Source of the DNA: Dehalococcoidia bacterium
Lineage (GTDB): Bacteria; Chloroflexota; Dehalococcoidia; Lucifugimonadales; Australimonadaceae
Assembly (NCBI GenBank): GCA_965206315.1
Contig: OZ242210.1
Location: forward strand, 1,630,724-1,694,723
Direction: 5' to 3'
Length of the DNA: 64,000 nt
Shown: piece by piece, positions 1 to 9,028 of the stretch
How the letters are laid out: the number at the start of each line of letters is the position of its first letter
Numbering within the stretch: position 1 is the stretch's first letter
Notes under the pieces: generated by a model
What the model was told of the DNA's origin: nothing
Databases searched by the model: none
Seen by the model: only the letters and a program-made list of their open reading frames with translations
Program-made: the position numbers and the translations under genes

Positions 1-501
1 CAGCAGGTCGGCGAGGCTGCGGTCGAACGGCGCTGATTCGACGTTCGGCGGGGCCTCGTACTCGGCAACGTGCTCGTCGCTGTTGATGACCCACGTGACC
101 TCATCGAGGTCCACGCCGTACTCCGACCGGAGGATGCCGCGATTCCAGACGCCGGTGGTCACTGTGTAGGCGCGCACGCCCACTCTCCTGCCATGGAGGT
201 CCGCAGGAGTGCGGATGCCGGACTTCACGTTGTGGACGATGGAGCCGTGGTGCAGGGCCCGGACGAGGAAGACGGGCAGCGCAGTGATCGGTTTACCGTG
301 GGCCCGAGCGCAGAGGTAGGTGGAGAGCGCCATCTCGCAGACATCGAACTCGAGGTCGCGGATCATCCGGCGGAATGCATTGATGATGTTCGGCACCTCG
401 ACGTGCTCGAACTCTACCCACTCGGAGGTGACCGTTCCGTCCTTGAGCGGACGGGTATGCCCGTAATCGCCCGTTGCCATCTTCAACGAAAGAGGCGGCA
501 T
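1..501 (-). CDS. 4,5-dihydroxyphthalate decarboxylase-like protein (periplasmic-binding-protein fold), truncated by the window edge
   Basis: Not in the ORF track. Hand translation from ATG at 501 gives MPPLSLKMATGDYGHTRPLKDG...AFRRMIRDLEFDVCEMALSTY...LPVF...DLHGRRVGVRAYTVTTGVWNRGIL, typical of this family. GGAG upstream; open to position 1; follows a phthalate-dioxygenase-type Rieske gene. Confidence 0.8.
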   Translation of the reverse strand, partial: MPPLSLKMATGDYGHTRPLKDGTVTSEWVEFEHVEVPNIINAFRRMIRDLEFDVCEMALSTYLCARAHGKPITALPVFLVRALHHGSIVHNVKSGIRTPADLHGRRVGVRAYTVTTGVWNRGILRSEYGVDLDEVTWVINSDEHVAEYEAPPNVESAPFDRSLADLL

Positions 502-559
502 CGTCGGTTCATCTCCTGCAACCGGGGACTTCTGCGGGTCGTGGTCTGGCCGCGGCGCG

Positions 560-1780
560 CTAGGAGTCCTTCTCGTTCCATTGGAAGGGGCCGGGCACTC
601 CGGCGGGCATGGCTACAGACTCCAACACGGAGTCGTCTCGCCTTCCTTCCAACCGCAACGACTCATCGAGATTGGTGTCGATGATCGGGTGGTCCGGGTC
701 GCGTATCACTCCCTTGGGGTCTTCGCCCACCTGCACCTTCACGATGTTGTCCCGCAACACCCTTCGCAGGAGAGCGATGCCCTTGTCGGAGTAGCTCAGG
801 TGCTCCCTCGTCCGGTCGGCGATCGGGCCCTGCGTCTCCCAGGCCATGTGGTCTTCGGGCTGGGCAGTATGTCCCTTGAGCCAGGGCGGCCTCAGTTCGA
901 AGCGCGTGAAGGGGTGCAGCGCGTCCGCCGGGGACTTGAACGGGGCGACGTACTCCACCTCCGGCTCATCGTCGTCCGGTTCGCTCCCGTCGTCCGTAGG
1001 GTAGAAGTCGATGATGAATATCTGGGTGTGCGTGTCGTCCACAGGCACCCGTATCTGCGTTTCGCGGAAGTGCCTGAGGATGTTCGGGAAGATGAGCGGA
1101 TGCTCGTCGACGACTCCGCTCTTGAGAACGCGCTTCTTCATCAGGCCGTACGGAAGCTCGTAGAAATCGAACTGCGCGACATCATCGATATTGCCGCGGG
1201 TGGTGTTGACGACCTTGCGGAAGCCCTGGTGCAGGATGTGCGCGTGCGCAGGGTCCATCGAGTTCTCCGTGGGCTGCAGCCAGTTGCAGTCCAGCATGGG
1301 CTGCACCCAGATCTTGCGCGTGCCGTCCCGCCTCGCCCATACGTCATACTTCGGGATGACCGGTGCGGGAAGAGGCCCCAGGTACGCCCAGTAGAGGCCT
1401 ACCATCTCCTGGACCGGGTACGCTGTCTGCTTCACCGAGTGGATGATGGCCTCGTTCCGCTCCGGCGGGGTTTCGAGGACGTTCCCCTCCGTGTCGTACA
1501 GCCAGCCATGGTAGGCGCAGGCGATCCCGCGCTCTTCGACACGGCCGTAGAGAAGAGACGCGCTGCGGTGCGCGCAGTGATCTGCAAGGAGTCCCACGCG
1601 GCCGGACTTGTCCCGGAACAGGACGAGATCTTCGCCCAGCAGCCGCACGAACCTGGTCGGCTGCTCATCCGTGAGTTCCCGCGCGACCGCGATGGGGTAC
1701 CAGTAGCGCCGCAGCAACTCGCCCGCGGGCTGTCCCGGCCCCACGAGCGTCAGCAGGTCGTTCATCTCCTGCGTTTCCAT
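560..1780 (-). CDS. Rieske non-heme iron oxygenase alpha subunit (phthalate 4,5-dioxygenase/LigXa-like)
   Basis: CAHR...CAYHGW Rieske motif; ENSMDPAHAHILH mononuclear Fe motif; N-terminal VGPGQPAGELLRRYW. Confidence 0.92.
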   Translation of the reverse strand: METQEMNDLLTLVGPGQPAGELLRRYWYPIAVARELTDEQPTRFVRLLGEDLVLFRDKSGRVGLLADHCAHRSASLLYGRVEERGIACAYHGWLYDTEGNVLETPPERNEAIIHSVKQTAYPVQEMVGLYWAYLGPLPAPVIPKYDVWARRDGTRKIWVQPMLDCNWLQPTENSMDPAHAHILHQGFRKVVNTTRGNIDDVAQFDFYELPYGLMKKRVLKSGVVDEHPLIFPNILRHFRETQIRVPVDDTHTQIFIIDFYPTDDGSEPDDDEPEVEYVAPFKSPADALHPFTRFELRPPWLKGHTAQPEDHMAWETQGPIADRTREHLSYSDKGIALLRRVLRDNIVKVQVGEDPKGVIRDPDHPIIDTNLDESLRLEGRRDDSVLESVAMPAGVPGPFQWNEKDS

Positions 1781-1813
1781 AGCCCTCTCCCCACGTCAGC
1801 CTGCGTCGTTGGT

Positions 1814-1842
1814 GCGGAGCGGCAGCACTGCCGCCGCTCCGC
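1814..1842 (-). other. GC-rich stem-loop just downstream of the lipoprotein gene
   Basis: gcggagcggc/gccgctccgc 10-bp inverted repeat, no U-tract. Confidence 0.5.
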
Positions 1843-1848
1843 TAAGGG

Positions 1849-3153
1849 TTACTGAACGATGATGAAGAAGTTGCCCTTGGTGTGGTCCGGGTCAGTGGAG
1901 TCGTAGAGGCGGAAGACGCCGGGCTCCGGGAATTCGAGCTCGATGCCTGGGCTGACGTCCTCGCCCGGCCCCACCGCAACGTCCAGTCCAATCTCGTCGA
2001 TGGTGACGTTGTAGGTGGCCGCGTTGCCGCTGCTGCCGGTGAGCCCGTCCGGGAGGACGACCTTGTCACCGGCGTTCAGGGCGATGCGGATGTCGCCGAC
2101 CTCGTCGGTGCGGACGCGCTGTTCGACCTCGTAGCCCCAGTAGGCGGTGTCGCCGATGCGCAACTCCCACACGTCGTCGCGTACCCGCAGTTCGTCGAGT
2201 GTGAATGTTGCCGGCTGTCCGGTTGGAGGAACGGCCACGATGATGAAGAAGTTGCCCTTGGTGTGGTCCGGGTCGGTGGAGTCGTAGAGGCGGAAGACGC
2301 CCGGCTCGGGGAATTCGAACTCGATGCCGGGGCTGACGTCCTCACCCGGCCCCACCGCAACGTCCACGCCGATCTCGTCGATGGTGACGTTGTAGGTGGC
2401 CGCGTTGCCGCTGCTGCCGGTGAGGCCGTCCGGGAGGACGATCTTGTCCCCGGCGTTCAGGAATACCCGGATGTCGCCGACCTCGTCGGTACGAACGCGC
2501 TGTTCGATGTCGTAGCCCCAGAAGGCGGTGTCGCCGATGCGGAGCTCCCACACGTCGTCGCGGACGCGGAGTTCATCGAGGATGTAGGTCACGGGTGTGT
2601 ATGCGGTGAGGTCGACGTCGCCGACGGCGAAGAACGCCCTGCCGTGGTTGTGTGCGTCCTTGATCGCGTAGATGCCCTCGTCGAAGAACGTGAACTTCCA
2701 GTTGGTCACCGGCCCGCCGGCGTCGATCTCGTGCAGCGGGAAGCCCACGCCCAGGTCCGGCATGGCGAACTGGTGGCGGTCGACAGCGTCGTCACTCTGC
2801 CGGATCTCCCTGACGAATACCTTGTCGCCGGGTTCGAGCCAGACCGCCCATCCGTCGCCCTCTTTCGAACGGGCGACTTCGCCAGCCTCGAACCCGCCCC
2901 CGGCCTCCGGGCCCATGGTGATGATGATGTGCTCGTCTTCGAACACGATCGATTCGATGACGAGCGCACCCGCGGCGGGGTCTGGTGTGGGCGTGGGGGT
3001 CGGGGGAGCTGGCGTCGGCGTGGCGGTCGGGGCCGGGGGGACTGGAGTGGCAGTCGGGACCGGGGTTGCCGTGGGGTCGCTCTGGCACGCAGCCATTAGA
3101 GACAAGACGACCACCGGAACCAGTACCGGCCACATGCGCTTGAGAGTAAGCAT
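1849..3153 (-). CDS. Lipoprotein with Pro/Thr linker and three cupredoxin-like domains (last two near-identical)
   Basis: Start MLTLKRMW at 3153 with GGAGG; lipobox-like MAAC; PTATP linker; domains of form LxxGDK...V.PGE...EFPEPGVFRLYDSTDPDHTKG resemble the cupredoxin fold. Confidence 0.7.
   Translation of the reverse strand: MLTLKRMWPVLVPVVVLSLMAACQSDPTATPVPTATPVPPAPTATPTPAPPTPTPTPDPAAGALVIESIVFEDEHIIITMGPEAGGGFEAGEVARSKEGDGWAVWLEPGDKVFVREIRQSDDAVDRHQFAMPDLGVGFPLHEIDAGGPVTNWKFTFFDEGIYAIKDAHNHGRAFFAVGDVDLTAYTPVTYILDELRVRDDVWELRIGDTAFWGYDIEQRVRTDEVGDIRVFLNAGDKIVLPDGLTGSSGNAATYNVTIDEIGVDVAVGPGEDVSPGIEFEFPEPGVFRLYDSTDPDHTKGNFFIIVAVPPTGQPATFTLDELRVRDDVWELRIGDTAYWGYEVEQRVRTDEVGDIRIALNAGDKVVLPDGLTGSSGNAATYNVTIDEIGLDVAVGPGEDVSPGIELEFPEPGVFRLYDSTDPDHTKGNFFIIVQ
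1856..2580. repeat. Intragenic tandem duplication, two ~344-nt copies with 381-nt period
   Basis: 1856-2199 and 2237-2580 are near-identical in DNA and protein (LDELRVRDDVWELRIGDTA...HTKGNFFIIV). Confidence 0.95.
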
Positions 3154-3318
3154 CCGATGACCTCCAACCCGGCGAATGGACAGACCTCGGAGCGCCCGTG
3201 GAGTGGATTGAGGCGCGGGAGGGCGCCGACGATGCTCAATCAGATTCGCCGCGAGTCTAGTGAAGCGCGTTTCCTTTGACAAGGTCGATGTGTCGGGTGT
3301 GGGTTTCATGGCGGCCTC

Positions 3319-5145
3319 CTAAGCGTTTCGTGCAGGCGCGGTCGACGAAGTGGACGTCGCCTGAGTGTCGGTTACGCCGAACCTGCGGGCTACGCTCATG
3401 TCTTGCCGCAGACCCAGCTTCAGAGCGTAGTGACGTCCGATGAGGGCGAGAACAAGGGTGTACACCATGATTACGAGGCTGATGATCCCGGCGTTCTCGG
3501 TCCTGCCGAGCGAGGGAGAGGCCCACTCCAATCCGATGATGGACAGCGTCACGGTGTCGCGCGACGCAAGGAGGATGATGCTCGACGTCGTGGACGCGGC
3601 GCTGATGAAGTTGAGCATCCCGATCAGGACCATCGTTGGCATGAGCAGAGGGATGACTATCTTGAAATAGGTCTTCAGCCAGCCCGCGCCCGCCACGCGT
3701 GCGGCTTCCTCCACGTCATTCCCCAGTTGCACCATGACGCCCTTGAAGATGTTGGTGCCGGTGGTATTCCCGGCTATGAGCACCACCAGGATCAGCGCCC
3801 AGATGGAGCCGTAGAGGAACCTGAGGCCCGGGACGGAGAGGAACATCAGGAGCAGGCCCAGGCTGGAGATGATGCCGGGGAATACCGCCGATACCCAGAT
3901 GGTGCCGTCCAGGATGCGTCGTCCCCGCCACTTCGTGCGGACGATCATGTAGGCGATGAGGGAGAAGAGGATGGGGCTGCCGATGCCGGCGCTGAAAGCG
4001 AGGATGGTGGTGGTCCGCAACCCCCTCAGGAAGAGAGGGTCGCTGAAGACGTCCACCCAGTGCTGGGTGGTCCACAAGGGGACTGCATCGAAGAAGCCCA
4101 CCCGCGACATGAAGCTGCCGATGATGATGACGAAGAAGGGCAGGGCCGTGAACATGGCGATGAGCAGGATGATGGCGATGAGGACCACCCACCGCCAGCG
4201 CCCGATGTCGATAAGTCCCGGCCTGAAACTGCTGGAGATGGTGGTGTAGTGCCGCCGGCTGACGATCCAGCGTTGCATCGGGAAGATGGCGGCGATGATC
4301 ACCATCGTGAGGCTGGCAAGGACGATCGCGTTGCCGTACTGGGGGATGAACTGGGAGGTCTGGTTGAAGATGAGGGTGGAATAGACGAAGAATCCCCAGC
4401 TCGCGCCCAGTATCCATTCGGTCTCGAACCCGCTGAAGATGCGGAGCAGCTGGAGCGCGGTAACGAGGATGACGGGCGAGATCATGACGGGCAGCGTCAC
4501 CTTGAAGATGGCGCCGAACTTGGACGCGCCGGAGACCCGCGCCGCCTCTTCCAACGCCTGGTCCATGTTGCGGAAGGCCGGAGTGAGCAGGATGACGAAA
4601 TAGGAGACGCTGTCAGACTGGAGCTTGGTCCAGACGATGCCCCAGAAGCTGAAGATGTTGAAGGGGCCGTCCTCGATGAAGGGGAGCGCCTCGAGTGCCG
4701 TGTTGACCATGCCGATGTCCGGGTCGAGCAGCATGATCCAGCCGACGGTGTTCGCGAGGCTCGGGAAGACGAAGGAGATCCAGAAGAGGTACTCGAGCCC
4801 GTGTGTCCAGGGGATGTGGGTGCGGGCGAGGATCAGGGAGATGGCTATCGCAAGGGGGAAGCTGAAGATGAAGTTGAGGAACCAGAGGACGAAGGTGTTC
4901 CGTATCGCCTCGAAGATGCGGGGGTCTCTGAACGACTCGAGCCAGTTGTCGAAGCCCCAGACGATGGGCGGGACGAGGAAGTCGTCCGCGACGTTGAAGC
5001 TCAGGATGAGCAGCAGGATAACGGGAAACATGAGGTAGAAGCCGAGCACCAGGATGGTGACGGCCATGACCATCGTTCCGGTCTCCGACCGCAGTCGTGA
5101 GACCAGCCAGTTCGGGACGCCTGACCGGATAGGTATGGCGGCCAA
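3319..5145 (-). CDS. ABC transporter permease, fused double-TMD (FbpB/Fe3+-type family)
   Basis: Two EAA loops (LEEAARVSGA, VEEAARVAGA); about 12 TM segments. Confidence 0.9.
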   Translation of the reverse strand: MAAIPIRSGVPNWLVSRLRSETGTMVMAVTILVLGFYLMFPVILLLILSFNVADDFLVPPIVWGFDNWLESFRDPRIFEAIRNTFVLWFLNFIFSFPLAIAISLILARTHIPWTHGLEYLFWISFVFPSLANTVGWIMLLDPDIGMVNTALEALPFIEDGPFNIFSFWGIVWTKLQSDSVSYFVILLTPAFRNMDQALEEAARVSGASKFGAIFKVTLPVMISPVILVTALQLLRIFSGFETEWILGASWGFFVYSTLIFNQTSQFIPQYGNAIVLASLTMVIIAAIFPMQRWIVSRRHYTTISSSFRPGLIDIGRWRWVVLIAIILLIAMFTALPFFVIIIGSFMSRVGFFDAVPLWTTQHWVDVFSDPLFLRGLRTTTILAFSAGIGSPILFSLIAYMIVRTKWRGRRILDGTIWVSAVFPGIISSLGLLLMFLSVPGLRFLYGSIWALILVVLIAGNTTGTNIFKGVMVQLGNDVEEAARVAGAGWLKTYFKIVIPLLMPTMVLIGMLNFISAASTTSSIILLASRDTVTLSIIGLEWASPSLGRTENAGIISLVIMVYTLVLALIGRHYALKLGLRQDMSVARRFGVTDTQATSTSSTAPARNA

Positions 5146-5167
5146 TCGAAGCTCCAGTGTGGGATTG

Positions 5168-5210
5168 AGGCCGGCTCCAAGGGTCGCTTAGCGATCCTCG
5201 GAGCCGGCCT
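5168..5210 (-). other. Long stem-loop between the SBP and permease genes (probable mRNA stabiliser/attenuator)
   Basis: aggccggctcc...ggagccggcct 11-bp outer stem plus an inner gggtcgct/agcgatcc stem. Confidence 0.6.
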
Positions 5211-5220
5211 TCCATGCTGA

Positions 5221-6528
5221 CTACGGCAGGTTGTAGTTCACCCAGGCGTCGTAGCCGAGTTCCTTGTAGAGGTCGTTGAAGAATACTTCGGTGCTCTCGC
5301 GGACCTGGAACCACTCGTCGTTGAGCTCGTAGACCACCAGGAACTGGTCGATCGTGCCCTCAGCCCTCCACTTCGGAACGTTCTGGAGCGTCTCCTTCAG
5401 GTGCTCCGGGAATGTGCCCAGCGTCACGTCGGAGCGCAGGGAGACGGCGCCCAGAGGCCCGAAGGAGGACGTGCTCTCGATGTCCGCGGTCTGACCAGCC
5501 CTGGAGTACCACCAGTTGACGAACAGCTTGGCGGCGTTCGGGTGGGGAGCCCGTTCCACCACGCCGACCCCACCGCTGATCTCAGTAGACAGCGCGCCGA
5601 TCGTCTTGGTCAGCGTGAGTTCCCTGACGGGGAGTTGCAGGTTCTGGAGCGCCCTGAAGTCGCGGCCGCCACCGAAGAGGCCGAAGTCCCACTTCCCGTT
5701 GGCGACGCCTTCCGCCAACTCCCTGTCCGCCTCGGCCCCGACGAGGTCCATGTCGGTGTCTCGGTGGATAGCGTCCAGGAAGTCAGGCCCCAGTCCGGGA
5801 GCGAGCCACAGCCTTGCGATGACGGACTTGCTGCCGGGGTTGTTCATCGCACGCATCGCCATGCGGCCCTTGAACTCGGGGCGAAGCAGGTCCTGGTAAG
5901 TGTTGATGAGGTCCAGCTCTTCCTGCGTGACGTTGTCGGTGTTGTACCAGATGCTCCCGATAGCCCCCACGCTCAGCGCGTCCGACATCACGTACTTGCT
6001 CTCGGAGTCGGACCAGAGCACGTTCTCGAAATACCAGCCGGTGGAGCGGTCCAGTACCTCGGGGTGGATCAGCAGGGGCTCCACGGGAACGTAGACCCCG
6101 GCTTCCCGCAGGCGCTCCATCGAGCCGCCGCTCACGGTGGTGAGGTCGACGGTGTAAGCGCCTCGCGACCGTTCGGCGAGGATGCGGTTGGCGTTGTCGG
6201 CGCCGCTCCCGCTGCTCGTAACCACCTCGATGTCGAACGTGTCCTCGAATGCCTGGAAGGCGAACCGGCCTGTCAGGGAGTCCGAGCCGCTGAGCGCGAT
6301 GACGAGTTGACCTTCTGCCTGTGCCGCCGCGATCAACTCCTCCCACTCCTTGGTGAAGGGATCTTCCATGGCCGGCTCGGGCGTTGGCTGAGGCGCGACC
6401 TGGGCGGGTTGCGGCGTGGCGGTTGGAGGCACCGGTGTGGGAGTGGGGTCATCTCCTCCGCAGGCTGCGGCAAGCCCGACAAGGATGGATACCACTATCA
6501 GCCAGGCGGTAACGTTGACTCTCTTCAT
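5221..6528 (-). CDS. ABC transporter substrate-binding lipoprotein
   Basis: Lipobox AAAC, PT linker, WEELIAAAQAEGQL and APHPNAAKLFVNW motifs; adjacent to the permease. Confidence 0.88.
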   Translation of the reverse strand: MKRVNVTAWLIVVSILVGLAAACGGDDPTPTPVPPTATPQPAQVAPQPTPEPAMEDPFTKEWEELIAAAQAEGQLVIALSGSDSLTGRFAFQAFEDTFDIEVVTSSGSGADNANRILAERSRGAYTVDLTTVSGGSMERLREAGVYVPVEPLLIHPEVLDRSTGWYFENVLWSDSESKYVMSDALSVGAIGSIWYNTDNVTQEELDLINTYQDLLRPEFKGRMAMRAMNNPGSKSVIARLWLAPGLGPDFLDAIHRDTDMDLVGAEADRELAEGVANGKWDFGLFGGGRDFRALQNLQLPVRELTLTKTIGALSTEISGGVGVVERAPHPNAAKLFVNWWYSRAGQTADIESTSSFGPLGAVSLRSDVTLGTFPEHLKETLQNVPKWRAEGTIDQFLVVYELNDEWFQVRESTEVFFNDLYKELGYDAWVNYNLP

Positions 6529-6654
6529 CGTGTCCCTCCCGCCGTCGATTTACGGTCTTGTTGCCGAGCTTCTCCTGTATTTGCGCGAGAGTGGGCCGGA
6601 CGTGTCCCCTGGCCCGCTGGCCGTGGGTCTCTCGCCTGCCGGTGAGTGTGAGGG

Positions 6655-6683
6655 AGAATACGCCTACCCTCCCTTAAGGGCAA
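6655..6683 (-). promoter_or_regulatory. Putative sigma70 promoter for the SBP-permease operon
   Basis: TTGCCC-N17-TATTCT on the minus strand. Confidence 0.45.
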
Positions 6684-6742
6684 GTTGGAGAGGGCAAGTC
6701 TGCCCGGTGGTGCTGCCCGGTAAGTCGGCGTCATCCCTCTCC

Positions 6743-7852
6743 TCACACGCTGGCCAGGGTACGGCTCTTGCGCCACTCCTCGAGCGCGACGTCGACGGGG
6801 GGCTCGGGCATCGGTGTGGGGATGGACTTGCCGTAGAGCCGGGCGACGTTTTCGGCCAGCACCTTCGCTTGGGTCGTTGGTTCAAGGTGTCCCAGCGTGC
6901 GGTCGATCACCTCGTCGGAGAAGAGCCAGATGTTCCCCGTGCCCACGTGAGGGTAGTCCGTGGACCACATGAAGTTGTCCGCGCCGTACCATTGCAGCAA
7001 ACGGCCGCCGACCTCGTCCTCCGTGAAGGTTGAGTAGCACTGCCGGTAGAAGTACTCGCTGGGCTTCAGCCGGAGCGACTGGCGCCGGGAGCGTTTGTCC
7101 ATCTCCGTCAACCAGAAGGGGATCCAGCCCACCTCCACCTCGGCCACGATGATCTTCAGGTTTGGGTGACGCTCCAGCACGCCGGAGCAGATGATGTCCG
7201 TCAGCGCCTCGGCCGTGACCTGCTTGTGGCCGCTGGCGCTGCGCTTGAGCGAGGCGAGGTGGTCCCGCCCCCGGCCTGCTTCGCGCGCTCCGGCCTCGTA
7301 AGAGCTGAACCCCGTGTTGATGTGCATGCTCACGGGCGCGTCCATGTCCTGCGCTGCAGCCCAGAACCGCTCGTAGTGGTCGGAGCTGAAGGGGATATCG
7401 GGGGGCGGCACCATCCAGACCGTCGCGCCGACGAGGCCCGCCTTCCGGCAGCGTTCGAGCTCCTTGATGGCATTGTCTATGTTCCACAGAGGGATCTCCG
7501 GCTGACCCCAGAGCCTGTCAGGAGCCTCCTGGCAGAACTCGATCATCCAGTCGTTGTAGACGCGAGCGCACGCCTCTGCCGCCTCGGGCGGCCTCTCGTT
7601 GTCGTACATGTCCTTGCCGAAGGTTGGGTAGAGGACCTCGGCGGCGACGCCGTCCCGGGCCATGTCTTCGAGGCGGGGGCCGGGCTCATACCCGCCCGCC
7701 CTGAAGTAGAAGCCGGTGCCGTACTCGTGCCGCAGGTGGATCGCATACTCGCGGAACCGCTCCGGGAGACGCGTCTCCCACAGGTCCAGCGGCTCGCACA
7801 TGTGGGAGTCCGCCGATATGCGGGGCTGGCGGTCGCTTACTAGTGTGCTCAA
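6743..7852 (-). CDS. Amidohydrolase family protein (Amidohydro_2)
   Basis: TTG start after GGAGG; ISADSHMCEP, AEVLYPT, SMHI, WSTDYPH motifs. The longer N-terminus in the ORF track overlaps the next gene. Confidence 0.9.
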   Translation of the reverse strand: MSTLVSDRQPRISADSHMCEPLDLWETRLPERFREYAIHLRHEYGTGFYFRAGGYEPGPRLEDMARDGVAAEVLYPTFGKDMYDNERPPEAAEACARVYNDWMIEFCQEAPDRLWGQPEIPLWNIDNAIKELERCRKAGLVGATVWMVPPPDIPFSSDHYERFWAAAQDMDAPVSMHINTGFSSYEAGAREAGRGRDHLASLKRSASGHKQVTAEALTDIICSGVLERHPNLKIIVAEVEVGWIPFWLTEMDKRSRRQSLRLKPSEYFYRQCYSTFTEDEVGGRLLQWYGADNFMWSTDYPHVGTGNIWLFSDEVIDRTLGHLEPTTQAKVLAENVARLYGKSIPTPMPEPPVDVALEEWRKSRTLASV

Positions 7853-7886
7853 GGCTTCACCTCCAACGCGTACCTCTACAGACTGC

Positions 7887-9014
7887 TCAAGAGATGCCGA
7901 CGTAGTAGCCGTCCCGCTCCGCGCACCATTCCTGCATCGACTCGTCGTAATCGGTCGGCGCAGGCATCGGCTCCGGAATGGGTTTGCCGTAGAGCGCCGC
8001 GACGCTCTCGCGCACGACCTTCGCACGCGTCGCGCCGGGGAGATGACCGAGGTCCCGCTCGATGATCGCGCCGGAGAAGAGCCAGGTGTCGCCGGTGCCG
8101 GGGTGTGGGTAGTCGTTCGCCCAGAGGAAGCTGTCAGTCCCCCAGCGCGAGAGCAACTGCCCGCCGACGGGGTCGTCGCTGAAGGTGGCGTAGCACTGGC
8201 GGTAGAAGTACTCGCTCGGCTGGAGCGGGAGGTCGCCTTTGCGGCGCAGCCGCTTGTCGAGCTCTTCCAGCCAGAACGGGATCCACCCGATCTCGGTCTC
8301 GGCAACGATGATCTTCAGCCTGGGGTGCCTTTCGAGCACTCCGGAGCAGATGATGTCGGTCAGCGTGTCGGCGGCGATCTTCTTGTGGCCGGTGGCGGTG
8401 AAGCTCAGCTCGGAGAGCGCGTCTCCCTTATTGCGGGTGCGGACCGACTCTGCCGCCTCGGCGTAGGGGCCGAAACCGTTGTTGATATGCATGCTGATGG
8501 GCGTTTCCGTGGCCTCCGCGGCGTCCCAGAACCGCTCGTAGTGGTCGGATGAGAACCGCAGGGGGTCCGGCGGCACCATCCACGTGGTGACGCCTGCCAG
8601 CCCCTTGTTCCGGCAGCGCTCCATCTCGATGATGGCGTTCTCGATGTTCCAGAGAGGCAGGAGCGCCTGTCCCCACAGGCGGTCGAGGTCCTCCTGGCAG
8701 AACTCGATCATCCAGTCGTTGTAGACGCGGGCCGCCGCTTCCGATATCTCCGGTTCGTAGTCGAGCCGGAACACGCTCTTGGCCCGCGTGGGATACAGCA
8801 CGTCCGCGACCACGCCGTCGGCGGCCATATCCTTGAGGCGGGCGACGGGGTCCCAGCCTCCTTCCCGCCGGTACTGCCCCTTGCCGTATTGCTGGCCGGG
8901 CCAGTGGAAGGCGCGGTTGCGATACTTCTCCGGCATCCGCTGCTGCCACAGGTCGAGTGGTTCCGCGACGTGTGCGTCTGCTGAGATCTTGACTTCCGCA
9001 GTGGGGTCGACCAT
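7887..9014 (-). CDS. Amidohydrolase family protein (Amidohydro_2)
   Basis: MVDPTAEVKISADAHVAEP, VLYPT, WANDYPH; close paralog of the neighbouring gene. Confidence 0.9.
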   Translation of the reverse strand: MVDPTAEVKISADAHVAEPLDLWQQRMPEKYRNRAFHWPGQQYGKGQYRREGGWDPVARLKDMAADGVVADVLYPTRAKSVFRLDYEPEISEAAARVYNDWMIEFCQEDLDRLWGQALLPLWNIENAIIEMERCRNKGLAGVTTWMVPPDPLRFSSDHYERFWDAAEATETPISMHINNGFGPYAEAAESVRTRNKGDALSELSFTATGHKKIAADTLTDIICSGVLERHPRLKIIVAETEIGWIPFWLEELDKRLRRKGDLPLQPSEYFYRQCYATFSDDPVGGQLLSRWGTDSFLWANDYPHPGTGDTWLFSGAIIERDLGHLPGATRAKVVRESVAALYGKPIPEPMPAPTDYDESMQEWCAERDGYYVGIS

Positions 9015-9028
9015 GTGCCCTCCTTCTC

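Noticed and set aside
70-684. 204-aa plus-strand ORF
   Set aside because: Antisense to the decarboxylase-like CDS (501 to <1), which has clear family motifs.
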